Part shown: in pieces, positions 7,412 through 13,456 of the stretch
Numbering within the stretch: the first letter of the stretch is position 1
Layout of the letters: each line of letters begins with the position of its first letter
Assembly: GCA_031364845.1 (NCBI GenBank)
Contig: JANLWX010000173.1
Location: 1 to 13,456, forward strand
Direction: 5' to 3'
Length of the DNA stretch: 13,456 nucleotides
From: Candidatus Eiseniibacteriota bacterium
Lineage (GTDB): Bacteria; Eisenbacteria; RBG-16-71-46
The notes under the pieces: generated by a model
What the model saw: only the letters and a program-made list of their open reading frames with translations
Databases searched by the model: none
Told to the model about the DNA's origin: nothing
Program-made: the position numbers and the translations under genes

Positions 7412-9501
7412 GTTCTCACGCACACCGGGCGGCGGCATCCGCGCTCGTGGCGCTGGCCCTGACCATGGCGCCCGGCGTCTTCCATTCCGCCGCACGCGCG
7501 GATTCCGACCACCGTCCGTCGCCTGCGGAGCGCAACAGCGCCAACCGCGCTGCCGAGGCCCAGGCCGCCGGGGACTCGGTGCGGTTCTCACTGCGCGTCG
7601 CCAACAACAATCTGGTCGGCATCACGATCACGAACTACGGTTTCATCGGCAACAACTTCGTCTCGCGCGCGCCGTCGCTCGAATACCCGCTTGGCACCGG
7701 CTACGAGCACATGGTGCGCGGCGGGTTGTGGATCGGCGCCCAGGCGGTCGATGATTCGGGTGCATTCACCGGTGTCACGACCGGCACCGTGGACGGCGCT
7801 CAGGGCTCGGCGAGTGCGGGGGCCACCGAGTACACGCCGGCCGGGCTCGACGTGCGGGTGCGCTCGACGCTGCCGAATCAGCGGTTCTTCCACCCGGACG
7901 CGGTGAGCGAGCTCGACTTCATCTCGCAATTCAGCGACCGCCCCGGCAAGCGGCTGTCGACCAGTTCCGAACCTCATCGCTCGATGAATCTGCTGGTGCG
8001 CCAGGAGAACTACATGTGGTCGTTCTCCGACTACGCGCACGTCGTCATCTTCCACTACGTGATCACGAACCTCGGCCAGCCGCTCCAGAATGCGCATGTC
8101 GGCCTGTACGCCGAGTTCGCGAGCGGCCCCAAGAATCTCTACAGCATCTGGCCGCCGAGCAGCGCCGGCAGCACGATCGGCAGCTGGTTCCGCAAGAAGC
8201 AGATCGCCTTCGACGATTCGCTGCGCCTGATGCGCGAGCATTATTGCATCGGCCAGCCGATTCCCGACGCATGTGCCTACGAAGTGGTTCCCGCGTGGAT
8301 GGGCATCAAGCTGCTCGGCGTGAAGCCCGGCAACGTCGCCGACACGCTCGACAAGAAGGTGACGTTCGCCGCGTGGGACTATTCGCCCGGCAACGCTCAG
8401 CGCGACGAGGACCGCGAGCGCTACGCCATCATGAGTTCGGGGCTGATCCAGCCGGTCGAAGGCGACTCGCTGCTGCCCGGTACCGGCGATCCGGTCACGC
8501 TGCTCTCGGTCGGCCCGTTCGATGTCATCAACCCCGGCGACAGCATCTCGGTCGACTTCGCGATCGTCGGCGGCCGCGACACCGAAGACACCTTCGGCGA
8601 GATCCTGCCCAACAGCATCCAGGAGCACTCGCGGTTCGCCCAGCGCGCGTACGATCGCAACTACATTGTCCCGATTCCCCCGCCGTCGCCGCGCTTCAAG
8701 GTGGTTTCGCGCGCCGGCGCGCTCGATCTCTACTGGGACGACTCGCCCGAGCTGATTCAGGATCCGACGAGCCCGATCGCCCAGGACTTCGAGGGCTATC
8801 GCGTCTACATCGGCGACGACCGCAACGACCTCAGCCGCATCGCGCAGTTCGACAAGGCGACCGCACCCAACGATACGACCGGCTTCAACACCGGATTCGC
8901 AGCGGTCAGGCTCGCCACACCGGTGACGTTCGACGGCGTCACGTACCAGTACAAGTACACGATCCCCGCGCTGCGCAACGGCTTCAAGTACTTCGTGGCC
9001 GTGACCGCCTACGATCTCGGCAACGTCGAGATCGAGTCGCTCGAGAGCGGCATCAGCCAGAACAAGACGCTCGCGATTCCGGCTCCGGGGCCCGGCGAGA
9101 GTGCGGGTGGAGGCAAGGTCACCGTGTTCCCGAATCCCTATCGCGTCGAAGCGCGCTGGGATCAGGGTTCGCGCGTTCGCGACCACTACCTGTGGTTCGC
9201 GGGTCTGCCCGAAGTGTGCACGATCCGGATCTACACGCTGTCGGGCGATCTCGTGTTCGAGACGCCGTTCAATGGCGCCACGTATCACGGTGATGGGACG
9301 CGCGGCATCTACGATCCGCGCCGCGAGCTCGACGTCGATCCGCCGACGCTGTCGGGCCGCAGCTACGGATGGAACATGATCACACGCGAAGGCCAGGCGG
9401 TGGCGACCGGGCTTTATCTGTTCTCGGTCGAGGACGCTTCGGGCAAGCGCGAAGTCGGCAAGTTCCTGATCGTGAAATCCGATCGGGAGGACTTCAAGTG
9501 A
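7408..9501 (+). CDS. Secreted protein with uncharacterized N-terminal domain, FN3-like domain and T9SS-type-A/FlgD-Ig-like C-terminal domain
   Basis: The GTG start overlaps the upstream TGA (GTGA), followed by a hydrophobic signal. N-terminal region has ITNYGFIG...EYPLGTG.EH...GGLWIGA. FN3-like region has PPPSP...LYWD...DFEGYRVY...YFVAVTAYD...SLES. CTD has VFPNPY...IRIYTLSGDLV...WNMITREGQAVATGLYLF...GKFLIVK. Confidence 0.82.
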   Translation: MSSHAHRAAASALVALALTMAPGVFHSAARADSDHRPSPAERNSANRAAEAQAAGDSVRFSLRVANNNLVGITITNYGFIGNNFVSRAPSLEYPLGTGYEHMVRGGLWIGAQAVDDSGAFTGVTTGTVDGAQGSASAGATEYTPAGLDVRVRSTLPNQRFFHPDAVSELDFISQFSDRPGKRLSTSSEPHRSMNLLVRQENYMWSFSDYAHVVIFHYVITNLGQPLQNAHVGLYAEFASGPKNLYSIWPPSSAGSTIGSWFRKKQIAFDDSLRLMREHYCIGQPIPDACAYEVVPAWMGIKLLGVKPGNVADTLDKKVTFAAWDYSPGNAQRDEDRERYAIMSSGLIQPVEGDSLLPGTGDPVTLLSVGPFDVINPGDSISVDFAIVGGRDTEDTFGEILPNSIQEHSRFAQRAYDRNYIVPIPPPSPRFKVVSRAGALDLYWDDSPELIQDPTSPIAQDFEGYRVYIGDDRNDLSRIAQFDKATAPNDTTGFNTGFAAVRLATPVTFDGVTYQYKYTIPALRNGFKYFVAVTAYDLGNVEIESLESGISQNKTLAIPAPGPGESAGGGKVTVFPNPYRVEARWDQGSRVRDHYLWFAGLPEVCTIRIYTLSGDLVFETPFNGATYHGDGTRGIYDPRRELDVDPPTLSGRSYGWNMITREGQAVATGLYLFSVEDASGKREVGKFLIVKSDREDFK

Positions 9502-10934
9502 GACGCCTCGGATTCGCCACGTTGCTTCTGGCACTCGCCGCGTTCGGATGCAGCGGCCGCACCGCACTCGTCCCGCGCCTGGCGCCCGAAACCACCGTGT
9601 TCGTGCAGGGCGACGTCGACACCGTGAATCACGTGGTCGAGATCTTCTGGTTCGGCACCGATCCCGATGGTGTCGTCGCTGCCTACGAACTGCGGCTTTT
9701 GAATCCCTCAGCACCGGCCGAGAGTGCTTGGGTTCGTACGACACGCACTGATTCGACCTTCAGGGTGTTTACTCCGACGGGCGCCACGAGCCCGGTGTTC
9801 GAAGTGCGCGCGATCGACAACGATGGCCTGACCGATGCCACGCCTGCCCGGCAGTTGTTCTTCTTCGATAACGAACCTCCGACCGTGACGATCGGTCCCT
9901 ATCCTCAGATCTCGAATGAGACCTACGCCTCGCTCACTCTGTCATGGACAGCGTCCGATCCCGATGGCGAGTCGTCGATCATGCGCTTCCGCGTGTGGCT
10001 CGACGGCAATGAGGCGAATCCCCACATTCTGTCGGGAACCACGTTCACCGTTCCGACCGCAGACTTCTTCGACGGCGCCGAGGTTCGCAGCGGCACGCGT
10101 ACGGTATTCGTTCAGCCGATCGACGACGGCGGGCTGGTGGGTGCGACGGTGAGCCGCTCGTGGACCGTCCGCCCGACCGTGACCGGCCCTCCGGGCACGC
10201 GGGCCCGGCTGCTGCTGATCGACGACGTCTCGACGTCCAACACGCTCAACACGCGCACCGACACCCTGTGGGCGAATGCGGTCGCCAACCAGCTCGAGCC
10301 GGGCACGTGGAGTGTTCTGCGACTTCAGAGCGTCCAGCCGTTCCAGTCGGCCGAAGACGCGCGCCAGACTTTTTCGCTGTACGACGCCGTGATCTGGTAT
10401 CGCGGCACCGAAAGCTCGTTTTCGACCGTGCTGCGGGACGTGCAGGGCGGGATCGCCCCGGCGATCGAGGACGGGCACAGCTTCGTCGTCGAGGGTCTCA
10501 ATCTCGTGAACGGAGTGGGGCGCTCGGGCCCGCTCAGCCAGGAATTCGTGTCGCGCGTCTACGAGACCGACTTCCTCTACAAGTTTTTCGAGTCCGGGAT
10601 GGAGGATTCGTCGGTGTCGTGGGGAGTCAACGGCGGCGGAGTGTTCCGCAGCGCCACCGACAGCCTGCGGATCGCGATCATCACGCTCGGGCTGCGTGGT
10701 TTTGCGGTGCGCGACACCCAGGATGTCCTGCTGTGGGCGCGCGCGGGAACCCTGTCCCAGCCCCACGACTTCGACATTCCGGTGGCGCTGCTGGTGCCAC
10801 ATGCCTCGGGGGCCAAGGCTGGAATCATCTCGATCCCCGTCGTCACGACCTCCCAGCCTGCCGCCGGCGGGACATTTCCCCAGCGGGCGACCGCATTTGT
10901 TAACAAAGTTGTCCAAGCCTTACGAAAACCCTAG
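9498..10934 (+). CDS. Lipoprotein with two tandem Ig/FN3-like domains and a C-terminal alpha/beta domain (478 aa)
   Basis: The likely start is the GTG at 9498 (GTGA overlap; SD GGGAGG at 9485-9490). MRRLGFATLLLALAAFG-C18 is a lipoprotein signal. The motif W...DPDG...(R/Q)(A/P)ID(N/D).G occurs twice. The C-terminal region has LLLIDD...YDAVIWYRG. Confidence 0.82.
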   Translation: MRRLGFATLLLALAAFGCSGRTALVPRLAPETTVFVQGDVDTVNHVVEIFWFGTDPDGVVAAYELRLLNPSAPAESAWVRTTRTDSTFRVFTPTGATSPVFEVRAIDNDGLTDATPARQLFFFDNEPPTVTIGPYPQISNETYASLTLSWTASDPDGESSIMRFRVWLDGNEANPHILSGTTFTVPTADFFDGAEVRSGTRTVFVQPIDDGGLVGATVSRSWTVRPTVTGPPGTRARLLLIDDVSTSNTLNTRTDTLWANAVANQLEPGTWSVLRLQSVQPFQSAEDARQTFSLYDAVIWYRGTESSFSTVLRDVQGGIAPAIEDGHSFVVEGLNLVNGVGRSGPLSQEFVSRVYETDFLYKFFESGMEDSSVSWGVNGGGVFRSATDSLRIAIITLGLRGFAVRDTQDVLLWARAGTLSQPHDFDIPVALLVPHASGAKAGIISIPVVTTSQPAAGGTFPQRATAFVNKVVQALRKP

Positions 10935-11016
10935 CCGCCAATCCGTCTTACTTCCTCCTGACGCCGTTCCACGGGTAGCGGGGTCCCAGAAAAGACTGCG
11001 TCCACAATCAAAGACC

Positions 11017-11046
11017 TTGGGACGCCGGGCCCGCTCTTGCTAGAAT
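11017..11046 (+). promoter_or_regulatory. Putative sigma70-type extended -10 promoter for the OB-fold protein gene
   Basis: TTGGGA (11017-11022), 18-bp spacer ending TGC, TAGAAT (11041-11046), in an intergenic region that is less GC-rich than the flanking genes. Confidence 0.55.
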
Positions 11047-11210
11047 TGCCCCACGCATCAAGGATTCGCAAAGCAACATCCCGGAACGATGGGCTGGCAA
11101 CAAGTTAGCAAGCAGCCCCGGGGATCGATCAGGAGGACGCCGCGCCTTCGAAGATTTCCCCCATCACCATGCCTGTATCCACTCACCACCCGACCCAGAG
11201 GGAAACCGAA

Positions 11211-13319
11211 ATGCGCAAGCTTTTCACCACAATGCTAGGGGCTGCGATGCTGGCCTGCTGTGTGGCATCCGCTGAAGCGGAAACGTACCCGCCCGGACCG
11301 GGGGGCACATGCCCGGATTCCGTGAGTGTCTTCAAAATTCAGAATCCCGCCGCCGTCTGTCATCCCGCCACGCTCGATACCGTCCTCGGAGTCGGGGGTA
11401 TCATCACCGGCTTCGATGCGAAGGCCAGCGCCTATGGATTCTACATTCAGAATCGCGCCAACCTCGCCACTCCCTCAAACGCCCATTACACCGGCATCGA
11501 TGTCTTCACTGGGGCGACCAACTACAACGCTGTGCCCTTCGGCCTCGCGCTCGGAGACAGCGTCGTGGTCTACGGCCGGACCCAGGAGTTTCCGGCGACC
11601 GACGGTGAAACGGAAATTGAAGGTCTGGACGGTGTCCAAGGCACCAACGACATCACCATTCGCAAGGTAAGTTCCGGGAACCCGCTGCCGGCCTTCATCA
11701 CCGGCACCACGAATACGTTCCGCCACCTCCCGAATAACCCCAATGGCGAGCTGTACGAGGGTATGCTGGTGCGCATTCCGACTGCGATGCGAGTCGCGCG
11801 TGTCTACGTTGCTCCCAATGGCACGCAGCAAATCCCCTTCGGCTCGTTCATGCTAGTGAATCAGACCGGGTCGGCCGTGGACTCGGTGCTGATCGACGGC
11901 AACACGCTGGCGACGTTCACGCCGCCGGCGCTCGGGACGACCGTGGCTTCCGTCCAGGGCATCATGAACCAGCGCGCCTCCAGTGCGGCGAGTTCCTACC
12001 GCATTCAGATTCGCGACGGCAACGACATCGTCGTGGCGACTCCGCCGAATCTCAACGATGCGTTCTCCATTGTGGACAACAAGGTGCGTGTGCTGTTCGA
12101 CCGCAACATCACGCTCGCGAGCGCCGAGAACGAAGCGAATTACTCGCTCTCCTCGCTGGGCACGGTAAATCTCGCCACCCAGGTCAATGGCACCACCGTC
12201 GATCTCACGATCACCAACGGACTCGCCGACGGCGATGTCGAGGGCGTGACGGTCAACGGTCTGGTGTCCTCCGGCAGCGGGATCACGATGACGACGCCAC
12301 AAAGTCGCGACTTCGTGAATGGTGTGGTTGATCCCTCGGTAGTCCAGGCGGCCGATCCGGCTGCACTCTCCGCTTCGCCATGCGAAGATCGCTCGCGCTA
12401 TGCTGGCACGGGCGCCGCGTTCGGCACACTGCGGGTTTCGGTTCGCGGCGTCAGCAGCGGAAGCTACGGATCGCTGTATTACCTGGAAGGTGCGAGCGGT
12501 GGCGTTCGTAATGCCATCTCGGTGTTCGGTCCGACTCAGCCGCTCATTGATGGCCGCAAGTACCTCGTCGTGGGATACGTTCAGGAGTTCGGCAGCGGCG
12601 CTCCGAATGGCCGCGAGACCGAGATCGTGAGCACCGTGTACATCGTGGACGAGGGCGTGGCCCCGATTCCGTCTCCGATCGTCCAGACGATCGGCGTGCT
12701 CGCCGACACGACCTGCGACAGCCCCTCGCCGCAGTTGTTCACGCATCGGGCGACCGGTGAGGATTACGAAGGTGTGCTGGTCAAGGTCATTCAGGGCCGC
12801 ATCACCGAAGAGCGCGCCGCGGGTGAGGGCTTCTTCCTCGCCGGACCGTACGGTGTGTATTCGGACACGATCCTGGTCCAGAACTCCCAGGGCTCCTACA
12901 CGTTCGATCCGGACTCGGGCGCGGTGGTCAACGTCACCGGCATTCTGTCCTCGAACTCTCAGAGCAGCCGGCGCTTCCGCATCCTGCCCCGCAGCAACGC
13001 CGACATCGTGGTCGTGGGACAGAACACGGGCGTCGATGGCAAGCCGCGTTCGATCAGCTTCGCGGTGACCCCGAACCCGGCGCGTATCGCGCGTATGTCG
13101 TTCTCGCTGCCGTTCGAGGCTGATGTCGACCTCGGCGTCTTCGATCTGTCGGGACGCAAGATCACGACGATCGCCAAGGGCCGCCTGGATGCGGGCAGCT
13201 ATTCGCGTGAGTGGAGCGGTCTGGACTCGCGCGGCAAGTCGGTCGGCGCGGGCATGTACTTCTACAAGCTGCGCGTGAACGACGAAGTCCGTACGGTTCG
13301 CGGCATCAAGCTCAACTAG
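11211..13319 (+). CDS. Secreted protein with duplicated ExeM/YhcR-like OB-fold modules, central Ig-like domain and FlgD-Ig/T9SS-like CTD (702 aa)
   Basis: ATG at 11211 with SD GAGGG (11198-11202) and signal peptide MRKLFTTMLGAAMLACCVASAEA. OB-fold motifs GFYIQ...GIDVF...GDSVVVYGRTQEF...ETEI and GELYEGMLVRI recur as AISVF...YLVVGYVQEF...ETEI, GEDYEGVLVKV and RILPRSNADI. CTD has PNP...VFDLSGRKI...WSGLDSRGKSVGAGMYFYKL. Confidence 0.85.
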   Translation: MRKLFTTMLGAAMLACCVASAEAETYPPGPGGTCPDSVSVFKIQNPAAVCHPATLDTVLGVGGIITGFDAKASAYGFYIQNRANLATPSNAHYTGIDVFTGATNYNAVPFGLALGDSVVVYGRTQEFPATDGETEIEGLDGVQGTNDITIRKVSSGNPLPAFITGTTNTFRHLPNNPNGELYEGMLVRIPTAMRVARVYVAPNGTQQIPFGSFMLVNQTGSAVDSVLIDGNTLATFTPPALGTTVASVQGIMNQRASSAASSYRIQIRDGNDIVVATPPNLNDAFSIVDNKVRVLFDRNITLASAENEANYSLSSLGTVNLATQVNGTTVDLTITNGLADGDVEGVTVNGLVSSGSGITMTTPQSRDFVNGVVDPSVVQAADPAALSASPCEDRSRYAGTGAAFGTLRVSVRGVSSGSYGSLYYLEGASGGVRNAISVFGPTQPLIDGRKYLVVGYVQEFGSGAPNGRETEIVSTVYIVDEGVAPIPSPIVQTIGVLADTTCDSPSPQLFTHRATGEDYEGVLVKVIQGRITEERAAGEGFFLAGPYGVYSDTILVQNSQGSYTFDPDSGAVVNVTGILSSNSQSSRRFRILPRSNADIVVVGQNTGVDGKPRSISFAVTPNPARIARMSFSLPFEADVDLGVFDLSGRKITTIAKGRLDAGSYSREWSGLDSRGKSVGAGMYFYKLRVNDEVRTVRGIKLN

Positions 13320-13339
13320 CCACACGCTGGGTAGTCACG

Positions 13340-13456
13340 GCGGGCGGGGGGGAGGGGGACCCCCGCCGGCGGGGGATTATACCACCGGGGGTTACCCCCC
13401 GCCCCCGGGGCCGCCCCCCGCCGCCCCCCCCCCCCCAACCGCCCCCCCCCCCCCCC
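13340..13456. other. Low-complexity G/C-run tail, probably a low-quality contig end
   Basis: Abrupt switch to G-runs and then C-runs, ending in a ~15-nt poly-C at the window end, unlike the rest of the sequence. Confidence 0.65.

Noticed and set aside
9369..9497. Upstream start for the second lipoprotein
   Set aside because: It overlaps the preceding gene's CTD. GTG 9498 has an SD, a GTGA overlap and a clean lipoprotein signal.
11060..11130. c-di-GMP-I riboswitch, prompted by GGATTCGCAAAGC
   Set aside because: The GGCAAA...GAAA tetraloop stem and the downstream receptor elements are missing.
11211..11279. Lipobox in MLACC of the OB-fold protein
   Set aside because: Non-canonical. The AEA signal peptidase I site plus a C-terminal sorting domain fit a secreted non-lipoprotein better.
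13338..13456. Rho-independent terminator or G-quadruplex after the last gene
   Set aside because: G/C-run pairing is possible, but there is no U-tract and the sequence degrades into homopolymers typical of read/contig-end artefacts, so it cannot be trusted.
1..13456. CRISPR array, tRNA/rRNA, transposase or integrase
   Set aside because: No regularly spaced repeats, RNA gene signatures or recombinase motifs were seen. Almost all of the window is accounted for by CDSs.

Overview
GC-rich bacterial window with nine apparent genes. The PorV-family barrel and T9SS/FlgD-Ig-type C-terminal domains suggest an FCB-superphylum lineage such as Ca. Eisenbacteria or Latescibacterota (inference). A truncated, probably catalytically dead M16 peptidase-like gene lies on the minus strand at the left edge. 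It diverges from rpiB, whose product carries an N-terminal microcompartment-encapsulation-like helix and an Asp in place of the catalytic Cys, and from an adenosine deaminase gene. Next is a translationally coupled five-gene envelope operon with no recognisable SusD: TonB-dependent receptor, PorV-family barrel, NHL beta-propeller lipoprotein, secreted FN3 plus T9SS-CTD-like protein, and a tandem-Ig lipoprotein. Last is a separately promoted secreted protein with duplicated ExeM/YhcR-type OB-fold modules, no nuclease catalytic domain, and a FlgD-Ig CTD. Together these suggest a candidate extracellular nucleic acid/nucleoside utilization locus, possibly feeding a sugar-phosphate (SPU-type) microcompartment. 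A 127-bp ERIC/RPE-like palindromic element sits at the TBDR stop codon and appears to be read in frame as part of the PorV N-terminus. The last ~120 bp look like a low-quality contig end. All calls come from motif recognition by eye; no searches were run.
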